Shown piece by piece: positions 1 to 11,439 of a stretch of DNA of 64,000 bases (position 1 is its first letter; each line of letters starts with the position of its first letter). The position numbers and the translations under genes were made by a program. Below the pieces are notes generated by a model. It saw only the letters and a list, made by a program, of their open reading frames with translations, did no database searches and was not told where the DNA came from. Source of the DNA: Balanoglossus misakiensis (taxonomy: Eukaryota; Animalia; Hemichordata); contig CM082579.2 in assembly GCA_040954595.2 (NCBI GenBank), positions 10,653,625 through 10,717,624 of the forward strand. The letters are read 5' to 3'.

Positions 1-3000
1 GCAGGACTCTACTGTATGATGGGTATGCAGGCTCCCCAGAAGGCATCGCTGTAAATCCGGCTGCTGGGTGCGTATCATCACTCACTGATAATGATCGATC
101 AAATTATGAATTAAATGTGTATACTCAACCCATAAGAATCAGTTTGCCACACATTTATCTACCGAGCACATGCCATAGTCCACTGCTTTACCAAGGTAAT
201 GCTTGTGTTGTCTGTTTTTGAGGAAAGTGGCTTTGCTTTTAGGGGCATCATAACATGAACATAGTGAGTATAATAGCCTGTGATTCAAATAAAGAACATG
301 TTTAAGAAACTCAATATATGTTATTTTCTGATGCAGCTACATTTTCCTAGTACCGTACAGAATTTATTGTTATGAGAAATTACAAAAATCACAGATTCAT
401 CCATTCACCATCTGAAGCCAATTGTATTGTATTGTTTTACCTATACAGCTACATGTACTGGACAGATGGTTCTGGTTCAGTGGGATCAGCCAAACTAGAC
501 GGTAGCAATCCCCAGTCACTTGTAAATAAAGGAGGAGATTATGGGTTCAATGAAATTGTGGTTGATTCACAGTAAGTAGGGTTTAACTATTTGAAAGCAA
601 TTGTAACCCTCAACGAAGTCCTCTGTGGGTATAAATAAAGTGTGCGTAGTCACATTGGCTCAATGGGTGTACTTGGTGCAGTGTTAGCCTAGACTCTCTC
701 ACAGCCTAGCCCCTCATGCCGCCTATGCAGACTTATCGTCTGATTGAATGTGCGCCCCCAATGGCATAGTGAATTATCTCCGCTCCTAAACGGTTGAGGG
801 CGCATCAGTGTACAACATGTAAAGAGCCTAATGTTGGCAACTATGGGCTGTGAGAGAGTCTATACTCTATTAAAGCACTAGCCTTGAATTTAAAACAGCC
901 ACAATTCAAAAATCAAACTCAAAATTTCACAAATTTCATATTAAAAATATAAAACCGGGATGTACAATTAAAAGAAATGGTAACACTTTCAACTTTGCTA
1001 ATTCTGTTCATTCTGAATATGATATGCATTGCGTTCAGGAATAAGCTGTATTGGATTGATGGCAAACACCACACCATAGAATCCCTTCAGCATGGTAGCG
1101 TGGACCCACCAGTTCAAGTAGCGAACTTGTCATCAACCTCCAACGGAAAGATGATCGGACTGGCTTTGGAAGGGCAGACGCTGTACTTCTCAGTCTGGAC
1201 AGAAGGCACTGTTTATTCGGTATCTACATCTGGAACCAATGTTGAGAGCGTGGCCAGCGGTACTGGGAGGTATGTGAGAGGCCTTGCGGTGGCCGATATC
1301 TCCGTGCAGCCTGGAAGCAGCAACGCCTGTAGCAGCCAACCTTCGTATTGTTCTCAGCTGTGTCTGCCTACAAGTGCAACCACCAGGACGTGTGCCTGTT
1401 CTTCCTATGATGAACTGACGTTGATGTCTGGTGAAAGAACGTGTGATCGTAAGTAGGATGGCATTTTATTTTGCAATTAGTGTACATGTACATTTCATCA
1501 TTCTTACGACAATGAAATAAATTGTTCTGGATTTACTGTGTTTTGTGGCATGGTGAACTTGACTTTATTTAAGACAATCAAAAGCTTCCTGGCATGATGA
1601 AAAGTTATGGGAAAAATAATTACAGTTGTCATCACTGTTATACATGTATGTCATTGGAAATGAAAAGACGTATGATAAGAAAAGATAAGATCACCCGCCT
1701 TATTCAGAATTGAAACTGAAATAATTCTGCCAACGTTTCAATACTTGTCATATAGAATTTTTCTTCAACTAATATACATTTCTATTTGAAATGTTGTGTT
1801 CATGGACTACATGTGTATAATAAATTTTATACAATAATCATGTCTCCAGCACTGACCCAGCTTTTACTATAATGTATAAACTTGATTGATCTGAAAGTGT
1901 ACTCACTGAGAACTGTATATAATAATTACTCACATTGGTTATATACTGAGAATGTTTAATTTTGATGTTTTTTCTGCTTTCAACAGATGTGGACTCATCA
2001 TTAATTGTAGCAAATGGCACCAGTATTGTGGAAATTGATGCAAGTACCAATCACTACACCCTACTATATGACAACTTACAGGTATGGCTTTGTTTTGAAT
2101 TTCTATAAAGCTATGCAAAACATGCAAAAACATCAATTAGAATATATATTATATGATCAGCCTTGCAATAATTCTTCATGTACTGGTAGAGATTTAAAAT
2201 TGCTAAGTGAAGGCCTGGAGTGCGGATGGTCTTGAAACCGTTTATGCTTAATATGTTTTACAAAGACAGTCTTGAAAACTATTTGAAATTAAATTTTAAT
2301 CAGTAGAGGGGGGGGGGGGGTCTTTTGAAAATTAAGTCAGAAAAGGTAAGAAATTCAGTGAAATTGCAGATGTAATTTGGTCAAAACTCAAGAGAATACA
2401 TACACCTGACCATAGAAGGCATTATTTAGACCAGATATCAGAATACTCAGATTCAGAAGTTGAAAAAAGAAATGTCGTTTTCATGTTATAGAAAAAAACC
2501 TTGGCTGTTGTTCAGCAGTGAAAGCAAAAGATAAATCAATTGACACAAAGCTTTAATTTCATTGACAGTTATTGTAACACAATCTAAAAACGTGTCCACT
2601 AGACCATAAAAGTGGCCCATCCCATAAATTCATATCCAAACTCAGTATGGTGATGAATATTCTGTCACATGTTCAGATCACAAAACTAAATTTCTGTGCT
2701 CCCTTCCCCTCAAAGCCAGCATAAGTACCTTGCTCAATAAAAGATAATGTGTATTTCTTTCTTTTACAGAGAGCTGTTGCTGTGGCGGTGGATGTGGCGG
2801 ACGGCCTTCTGTTCTGGACAGACGTCGAGACCGGGTCGATCTACCGAGGTAGCATCGATGGACAGCAAGTCGCACAGGAAATTATTACAGGTAATGATTT
2901 GAGTGTTAATGTACATTGCATTTACTGTTTTTCTTTGGCCTAGTGCATGGCTGAGTCCCCTCAAAAAGTTTGTAGTTTCTAGTCTCCCATCTGCTAACCC

Positions 3001-6000
3001 CTTTTCTCGCTCCATCACTACTTGGTACAATCCCCACACCTTAAATACTTTGCCGATTTTCTCTTCTTAGATCTTGATAGACCTAATGGCCTGGCTGTGG
3101 ACTGGGTATCCAATAATATCTATTGGACTGATAGCATCATGGGAACTATTGAAGTTGCAAAGAATGATGGGAGATTCCGCAGGACTCTACTGTATGATCT
3201 GAGCAACCCACGAGGCATTGCTGTAAATCCTGCTGTTGGGTGCGTATCGTCACTCACTGATAATGATCGATCTTAGTATAAAAATGAATGTGTACATCCT
3301 ATAAGAGTCAGTCATAGTCCACTGCTGGAGTTATTTTTACTGAGGGTAAATGTTTGTCTGTTTTTGAGGGAAAGTGGTTTTGCTTTGTGGGGAGTCATAA
3401 TCACATTTACCATTTATAATATATGGATGATGATGATGATGATGTCATGAATTTAATGTCTTGACCCATTAAACTTACTATGTTCACTCGTCTAGTCTGT
3501 GAACATGTTTTATAAAAACTTTCTGATGCAATGTCAATTTTGTTTCATGACAAATTTAAAAAAAGGCAGATTCAGCCATTAATTTACTATCAGAAGCTAA
3601 TTATATTGTTTTTTTTACCTATACAGCTACATGTACTGGACAGATCAGGATTCTGATACAGTGGAATCAGCCAAACTAGACGGTAGCGATCCTCAGTCAC
3701 TCGTTAATACAGGATTGGATTGGCCAAATGAAATTGTGGTCGATTCACTGTAAGTAGGGTTTAACTATTTTAAATTGCCCTCAACGAAGCCCTCTGTGGG
3801 CAAGTAAAGTTTGTGTGGTCATATTGGGTTCATGGTTGTGGATGGTACAGTCTAGCGTAGACTCTCTCACAGCCCCTCTTGCTGCCTATGCAGACTTATC
3901 GTCTGATTGAATGTGCGCCCCCAATGGCTGAGCGAAGCATCTCCTAAACGGTTGAGAGTGCGTCAGTGTGCAACTAGTCTCGGTTACCCAGACGCCTTTG
4001 CTTCTTCCGATGCTCTCCAGAAAAGGGTCTGGGGAAATGCTATTGAAAGCTTTGTAAAACAAAATGGCCGATGTCAGGATTTTGATCATTGCCTGATTGG
4101 CTGAGCTGTCAGTATGACCCGGGTCACTGACTCTCGACAATGTGTGATTATTTGTCGCATCTTCATATCAAGAGACCGGTACTTGTTGGTTGATGCGAAA
4201 GGCAAAAGGCGTCCTCTGTTAGCATTGTTGGAGAAATTATATGAAATATCTTTGGTAGACGATTGTTGAAACTATTGCAGTGACCCGGGTCATACTGACA
4301 GCTCAGCCAATCAGGCAATGATCAAAATCCTGACATCGGCCATTTTGTTTTACAAAGCTTTCAATAGCATTTCCCCAGACCCTTTTCTGGAGAGCATCGG
4401 AAGAAGCAAAGGCGTCTGGGTAACCGAGACTAGTGTGCAACATGTAAAGAGCCTTGTAGCAAACCGTGGGCTGTGAGAGAGTCTACACTAATTAAGCGCT
4501 AGCATAGAATCTAAAACATCCACGATTCAAAAATCAAACTCAAAATTTCACAAATTTCAAATTAAAAATCTAAAACATGTATGTACAATTAAAAGAAATG
4601 GTAATACTTTCAACTTTGCTAAGTCTGTTTACTCTTGATATGATATGTATTGCGTTCAGGAATAAGCTGTATTGGATTGATGGCAAACACCACACTATAG
4701 AATCCCTTCAGTATGGTAGCGTGGACCCGCCAGTTCAAGTAGTGAACTTGTCATCAATCTCCAATGAAGTGATGTTCGGACTGGCTTTGGAAGGGCAGAC
4801 GCTGTACTTCTCGGTCTGGACAGAAGGCACTGTTTATTCCGTATCTACATCCGGAACCAACATGACGAGCGTCGCCAGTGGGTTTGGTGATTACGTGTTC
4901 GGCCTTGCAGTGGCCGACGTCTGGGTGCAGCCTGGAAGTAGCAACGCCTGTAGCAGCCAACCTTCGTATTGTTCTCAGCTGTGTCTGCCTACAAGTGCAA
5001 CCACCAGGACGTGTGCCTGTTCTTCCTATGATGAACTGACGTTGATGTCTGATGGAAGAACGTGTGGTCGTAAGTATGAAGCCATTATAATTTTGCTCGT
5101 GATTGTGGTGGTCTCAAATTTGCAATTAGTACATGTGTAGTGTATATTTTATCATTCTTAGCAGTTAATTGTTCTGGTATTTACTGTGTTTTGTGACGCA
5201 GTGACCTTTACTATTGAAGAGTTATTAGTGGAAGCTTTCTAGCATGGTGAAAACTTGTAGATAATTAATTAGAGCTCTCATAACAATGGAATGTCAGTGG
5301 CAATGAAAAGACGTCACAGATTGTGGTACACACCCCACACCAAAAATGGAAAATTTCTGTAAATATCATGTTTTTAACAAGTTGAATAATTATGTACCAG
5401 AATGCCACAGTGTCTTAGTTAAAGAATTGGAGAAGCCAATTTAGCCATACATGTGTTGCTTTAGACAAAAATGAAAATTTCCAGTAGGGAACAAAACCGT
5501 AATATTGCTGTTTGTCTGTTTGTATCAACACCAGCACCAGGTTAAGTACATACCGGTACATGTATAAAAGTCAGTAGTTGTCCTATATGCTATACCTTTG
5601 CACATTGTTCAATAAGACATAGACTAAAGGTCAACAGAAAACCATGAAGAAAGTTGTACAAGTTGATAAGAAGTAATCACATCATTGAAAAATATTATGT
5701 AATAATAATCGCATGATGCAGCTATTTTTTATTTTCTCAACACAGAGTTATGGCGACATTATCATATTGCAATTGCCGATTTTCTTGATGAACTTCCAAC
5801 GTCTTTTAATACAGGAGCAGTGTCATTCCGTCTGTGCCCGACTGCACCCATATCATTGAATGTAAGTGAAGATAGCGACACAGCTTACCTTGATGTGAAC
5901 ATTGAGGCCATTGATGCAAGAGGTAATGTTATCGCCCATGATGTCCTGGGTGCCATCCAAATTCCCAGCACCTTACAATTTAATGAGCAGACAAAGGCTG

Positions 6001-9000
6001 GAGTTCACATCAACGTACGGGCAGCAGTTGGTCAGCAAGAAGCATGGTGTCGATTTCAAGTGAAATTGGTTGGTAAGTCTTTAGTGTGTGGCTGCTTCCT
6101 ATTTTGACTTCGAGATTCATTACATGTCCAGTTGCAGAAATAAAGCAATACAACAAAATGTGAGGTAGAATACCATGTAAATTGACATGCAAAAAAGTCT
6201 GCTATGAACAATGAGGAAAATTTGATTACTAGTATTTCTACAAGGTTTCTTACAAGAACATTTGTTTAATTGTTCATCACATTCAGATCCTTACCCACCG
6301 AAGATAACATTCTGTCCGCCTGACCAATCACAAACCACATCAGATGATGCCGTTGAAATTGATTGGGATCTACCAGTTGCTACGGACAACACCGAATTGG
6401 CTTCCGTAACAACAAGCCGGCCAAGTGGTTCTGACTTTACTGTCACAGGAAGTCCTCATACTGTAACAGTCACAGCTACAGACACCTCTGCTAATGTTGC
6501 CACGTGTACATTTGAGATCACCATCATACACAACCTTGGTAAGAAATGACTGCTTACTGTGTGTTCTTATACCCTCACAATGTGCTTTTTGACATCATGT
6601 ATCATTTATGACCTGTTCATTTAAATTTCTGAAATGTTTGTGGTTCCTACAGTCGAAACCTGTTGATTCACCTATGATTACAATATATGCTGATTCGCAG
6701 ATTCTAGTAGTCCATATATCTTAAAAGTTGTATAATGGTGGTGGTAAAGTTTTAGGTATTTTTCATACCAGAGAATATGGTAGTAATGGTGAGCATGTCA
6801 TTTGTGATTACTGTACTGACCAAAATGTTATCTGGGTTTTAGGACAAAGAAGGAAGTTTTCTATTTCACAAATAAGCTATCCATCATTATAATCTATTTT
6901 TGTTTTGTTTATTTGTTGTTGTTGTCCAACATCAGCTGAGTGTGCAGACCTACGAGTTCCTCAGAATGGGGCGTTATCTTGCGGAGAATCACCAGATGGA
7001 TTTCAATGTATTCAACATTGCAAAGAAGGATATATGCCATATCGAGACAGACACATCTACAACTGCATTGATGAACAATGGCAGCCAATGCAACCCCCGC
7101 GTTGCATCCGTAAGTTACATGTACATTGGCCAATGCAATATTCAGGCACCATATCAAACCCTACCGGAAGACGGGCATTTATGGTGTTGTCGAAATATGT
7201 TAAGCAGAAATGACCTCCATTGAACTCAGCTCAGTATATTAACTCTGGAAACATATAATCACGAAAAAAGCAGGATAGAAAACATTATGTATGCATGTTT
7301 ATCTATTACACCTTTTGGATTGAAAAATGGACGAAACTTGGAGGACTTGTAATTGAAATTTCAAAAGTTCAAACAAGTACAGATGGACTATGTTTGATGG
7401 CTATGATGTTCTGTGAACTAAGCTGAATGGTCATTATGACTTTTTATGTCCAGATCAGTTGCATGAAGGATATTCTTTAAAAACTTACTTGGCTTAATGT
7501 AGTATTCCATGACATTAATACTGCTTTACATTGTGATGTGATCCAGTAAAATTATTTGAGTTTATCACATATTGGGTTACGGTGTTTTACATATTTGGTG
7601 AAGTGTTACTACATATTGGGTTAAGGTTTATTGCATGTTAAGTGAAGTGTTATTTCATATTGGATTAAGGTTTGTTACATATTTGCTTAAGTAATCACAT
7701 CATTGAGAAATATAATGTAATAATAATCGCATGATGCAGCTAATTTTTATTTTCTCAACGCAGAGTTATGGAGACATTATCATATTGCAATTGCCGATTT
7801 TCTTGATGAACTTCCAACGTCTTTTACAGGAGCAGTGTCATTCCGTCTGTGCCCGACTGCACCCATATCATTGAATGTAAGTGAAGATAGCAACACAGCT
7901 TACCTTGATGTGAACGTTGAGGCCATTGATGCAAGAGGTAATGTTATCGCCCATGAAGTCCTGGGTGCCATCCAAATTCCCAGCACCTTACAATTTAATG
8001 AGCAGACAAAGGCTGGAGTTCACATCAACGTACGGGCAGCAGTTGGTCAGCAAGAAGCATGGTGTCGATTTCAAGTGAAATTGGTTGGTAAGTCTTCAGT
8101 GTGTGACAGCTTCCTGCATGTTTTGACTTCGAGATTCATTACATGTCCAGTTGCAGAAATAAAGCAATACAACAAAATGTGAGGTAGAATACCATGTAAA
8201 TTGACATGCAAAAATGTCTGCTGATATGAACAATGAGGAAAATTTGATTACTAGTATTTCTATAAGGTTTCTTACAAGAACATTTGTTTAATTGTTCATC
8301 ACATTCAGATCCTTACCCACCGAAGATAACATTCTGTCCGCCTGACCAATCACAAACCACATCAGATGATGCCGTAGAAATTGATTGGGATCTACCAGTT
8401 GCTACGGACAACACCGAATTGGCTTCCGTAACAACAAGCTGGGAGAGTGGTTCTGACTTTCCTGTCACAGGAAGTCCTCATACTGTAACAGTCACAGCTA
8501 CAGACACCTCTGCTAATGTTGCCACGTGTACATTTGAGATCACCATCATACACAACCTTGGTAAGAAATGACTGCTTACTGTGTGTTCTTATACCCTCAC
8601 AATGTGCTTTTTGACATCATGTATCATTTATGACCTGTTCATTTAAATTTCTGAAATGTTTGTGGTTCCTACAGTTGAAACCTGTTGATTCACCTATGAT
8701 TACAATATATGCTGATTCGCAGATTCTAGTAGTCCATATATCTTAAAAGTTGTATAATGGTGGTGGTAAAGTTTTAGGTATTTTTCATACCAGAGAATAT
8801 GGTAGTAATGGTGAGCATGTCATTTGTGATTACTGTACTGACCAAAATGTTATCTGGGTTTTAGGACAAAGAAGGAAGTTTTCTATTTCACAAATAAGCT
8901 ATCCATCATTATAATCTAGTTTTGTTTTGTTTATTTGTTGTTGTTGTCCAACATCAGCTGAGTGTGCAGACCTACGAGTTCCTCAGAATGGGGCGTTATC

Positions 9001-11439
9001 TTGCGGAGAATCACCAGATGGATTTCAATGTATTCAACATTGCAGAGAAGGATATTTGCCATTTCAGGACAGACACATCTACAACTGCATTGATGAACAA
9101 TGGCAGCCAATGCAACCCCCGCGTTGCATCCGTAAGTTACATGTACATTGGCCAATGCAATATTCAGGCACCATATCAAACCCTACCGGAAGACGGGCAT
9201 TTATGGTGTTGTCGAAATATGTTAAGCAGAAATGACCTCCATTGAACTCAGCTCAGTATATTAACTCTGGAAACATATAATCACGAAAAAAGCAGGATAG
9301 AAAACATTATGTATGCATGTTTATCTATTACACCTTTTGGATTGAAAAATGGACGAAACTTGGAGGACTTGTAATTGAAATTTCAAAAGTTCAAACAAGT
9401 ACAGATGGATCATGTTTGATGGCTACGATGTTCTGGGAATTAAGCTTAATGGTCATTATGATCTTTTATGTCCAGATCAGTTGCATGAAGGATATTCTTT
9501 AAAAAATTACTTGGCTTAATGTAGTATTCCATGACATTAATACTGCTTTACATTGTGATGTGATCCAGTAAAATTATTTGAGTTTATCACATATTGGGTT
9601 AAGGTGTTTTATATATTTGGTGAAGTGCTACTACATATTGGGTTAAGGTTTATTGCATGTTGAGTGAAGTGTTATTTTATATTGGATTAAGGTAAATAAC
9701 ATATGTGCTGGTGTTATAACATATTTGGTGATGTGTTATTACATATTGGGTTAAGGTTTGTTACATATTTGCTTAAGTGTTATTAAATATCTGCTAAAGT
9801 GTTATAATGTTGGTTAAGGTTCCATTGCAGCTGTCAGCCAGCAAATTTGTTGCAAATTGTCCTTTTACTGATATCTTTGAACGTGTCTCTCTTGGCAACT
9901 TCATGGACCCATACGCTCTGTCATTGACTTGGTAGATGTAATTCACTGTCATACAGAGAAATTAAGTCTCATGAATTTAACCTTGATTCAGGTTATACAC
10001 CTGGACAACATGTTGAACAGACTGTTGTGTTTGTGTACCAATCTGCCTGTGGAATTGCCGGATACGAGGAGGAGATCATAATTAAACTTCAAGAAAATCT
10101 GGAAGACCACGATCTCTGTCACAAGAGAAATCATCCCAGGGTGTGCGACCGGAACAGCTTTGTCATTCACTGTGGAACCGGAAGTAGAAAGAGACAAGCA
10201 TCAGACGACTTGACCGTTCAGTTCAATGTCCAGATCGTGAATGAAGGTGGTGGCACATCTGGTGACGACGAGTCCCAGGAGATACTTGAAGACATGACGA
10301 TGTCCATGAACGAGTCAGTGGCGGGTATAGAACAACTGTTGAAACAGGGATCATTAGATCTGGAGATCGATGGTCAGAGAATCACATCGGACCCAGACTA
10401 CTTTTCTGTTGGTGAGCCAAAATGGACATGTTTAGATGGTCACCTAAGTACTGCAGATGGGTGCGGTAAGTCAAATAGATTGGATTCATGTTACTATATT
10501 CGGTGAAGGTATTCCTCGAACCAACAAAAATAGCAATTGCTAGAAGACTAAATCACACTGTTATTTGGTTTCAGTTCCATGTCCTGTGGGCACGATGTAT
10601 GATGCATTACTTGATGAGTGTATATTCTGTCCAGTTGGGATGTACCAAGAAGATGAAGCCCAGCTGCAGTGTCTAGAATGCAAAGATGGGAAATACACGG
10701 AAACCATTGGTAGTTTCAGAGAGTCACAGTGTAAGTATCAGATGTTGTAGACTTTTTTTAGTTCATTCATAGTGTATGTATACTGTTAATAGTATACATC
10801 TATTTATAACCATTTATATGAAGTATGTGTGATGTGAATTACAATAAAAAAACTTTATGTGTAATCCTGTCAATGTGACAGGATTTCACTTTGTACTTTA
10901 GAGACATGTGTGAATTGAAATTCTTGTCTCTTACATGAAGAAGTAACTGTCATTCAATTTTAGGTCTCATGAAAAAGGGCGGAGACTTTCCTTTAGTCAT
11001 TGTGATCGTCTGTGTTGCTGTTGGCTTGGTCCTACTGATAGTGATTGTCATCGTCGTTGCTGTCTGCTTGCGGCAGAAGGGGAATGCTAAAAAGAGAAAT
11101 GCCAGGCAACGAAATGGCCAGCCGAATGCCGGCTATGAAGGTGGCAGTGGACATCTACGTCGTCACCACACACAAACACTCCGGCAGGCAATGTACAGTG
11201 ACCAAGAGGCCCAAAACAATGACGTGGACAACAGCCCAGGTATCAACAATGCGACAGGTGAGTCAGACTATCCTGAATTGGAGGATGACCCAAACTACAC
11301 ACCCTTGACGGAAAAACCCAAAAACGATTACATGGGATTGGATATAACGACCAGGGAGGGATGCAAGCGAAATGACTTGTCCCCAGAAGCACTGAACACC
11401 TTTTCCACATCAGGAAAGACAACTGATGACAAAGTTTGA
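1..11439 (+). CDS. LRP-like modular type-I membrane receptor (YWTD propellers/EGF, HYR, sushi, SEA-like, ephrin-receptor-like Cys repeat, TM, Tyr-motif tail); 5' end lies outside the window
   Basis: Phase-consistent GT-AG exons: <1-67, 449-571, 1039-1448, 1987-2081, 2770-2890, 3071-3239, 3627-3749, 4660-5069, 5815-6072, 6287-6538, 6936-7109, 7830-8087, 8309-8560, 8958-9131, 9992-10465, 10575-10730, 10964-11439. Motifs: [26 protein letters not shown] (LDLR class B); [13 protein letters not shown] (EGF); [26 protein letters not shown] (HYR); 4-Cys sushi; [18 protein letters not shown] (GCC2/GCC3); hydrophobic helix [26 protein letters not shown] followed by RQK. Confidence 0.9.
685..869. mobile_element. 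Old TAG...CTA-ended MITE (empty-site copy), intronic
   Basis: TIR tagactctctcacagcc (690-706) / ggctgtgagagagtcta (846-862). The paralogous copy is at 3853-4490. Confidence 0.65.
1987..5069 (+). CDS. Complete YWTD beta-propeller + EGF module (5 exons) of the receptor
   Basis: Exons 1987-2081, 2770-2890, 3071-3239, 3627-3749 and 4660-5069 join in frame. The module is bounded by phase-1 introns. Its last three exons are paralogous to 1-67, 449-571 and 1039-1448. Confidence 0.88.
3853..4490. mobile_element. Same MITE in the duplicated intron, carrying a nested insertion
   Basis: TIRs tagcgtagactctctcacagccc ... gggctgtgagagagtctacacta. Confidence 0.7.
3975..4432. mobile_element. Young non-autonomous DNA transposon with 155-bp TIRs (AcademH-like)
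   Basis: TIRs 3975-4129 and 4278-4432 (TAGTCTCGG...CCGAGACTA) match perfectly by eye. TSD GTGTGCAAC at 3966-3974 and 4433-4441. The paralogous intron (~808) has a single GTGTACAAC empty site. Confidence 0.9.
5671..9778 (+). repeat. Near-identical ~2.02-kb tandem duplication of the HYR-like/HYR/sushi three-exon cassette
   Basis: aagtaatcacatcattga starts copy 1 at 5671 and copy 2 at 7689. Exons and introns align almost base for base at an offset of 2015-2022. Confidence 0.95.
9585..9830. repeat. Degenerate ~21-bp minisatellite (ttacatattgggttaaggtgt-like); shorter copy at ~7565-7690
   Basis: Recurring acatatt(g/t)gg(t/g)taagg/tgaagtg units. Confidence 0.7.
9992..10465 (+). CDS. Receptor stalk exon (SEA-like region with basic RKR motif)
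   Basis: Acceptor ttgattcag at 9991, donor g|gtaagt. Encodes [25 protein letters not shown]...[14 protein letters not shown], which resembles the region before GCC2/GCC3 repeats in SVEP1/uninflatable-like proteins. Confidence 0.75.
10964..11439 (+). CDS. Transmembrane + cytoplasmic tail exon of the receptor
   Basis: Phase-1 join (cag t|gt ctc atg). A 26-residue hydrophobic helix, a basic stop-transfer stretch, then Tyr motifs NAGY, YPEL, YTPL and YMGL. Stop TGA at 11437-11439. Confidence 0.85.

Larger units (their letters stand above)
1..5300 (+). repeat. Intragenic tandem duplication of the propeller-EGF cassette, including introns
   Basis: 1-~1620 aligns with ~3179-5300. The offset is 3178 before the MITE insertion and 3621 after it. 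Intron sequence is shared, e.g. gtgcgtatc(a/g)tcactcactgataatgatcgatc and ttcaaaaatcaaactcaaaatttcacaaatttca. Confidence 0.9.

Noticed and set aside
6900-7223. Overlapping alternative ORFs over the sushi exon (also 8922-9245)
   Set aside because: They are shadow frames of the real exon and recur only because the DNA is duplicated.
9585-9830. Interstitial telomeric repeat
   Set aside because: gggttaagg resembles TTAGGG only loosely, and the true period is about 21 bp.
1-11439. Naming the receptor LRP1/2/4/5/6, SVEP1 or uninflatable
   Set aside because: The domain order and tail match none of them: no NPxY or PPPSP, and HYR/sushi follow the propellers. The N-terminus is also outside the window.
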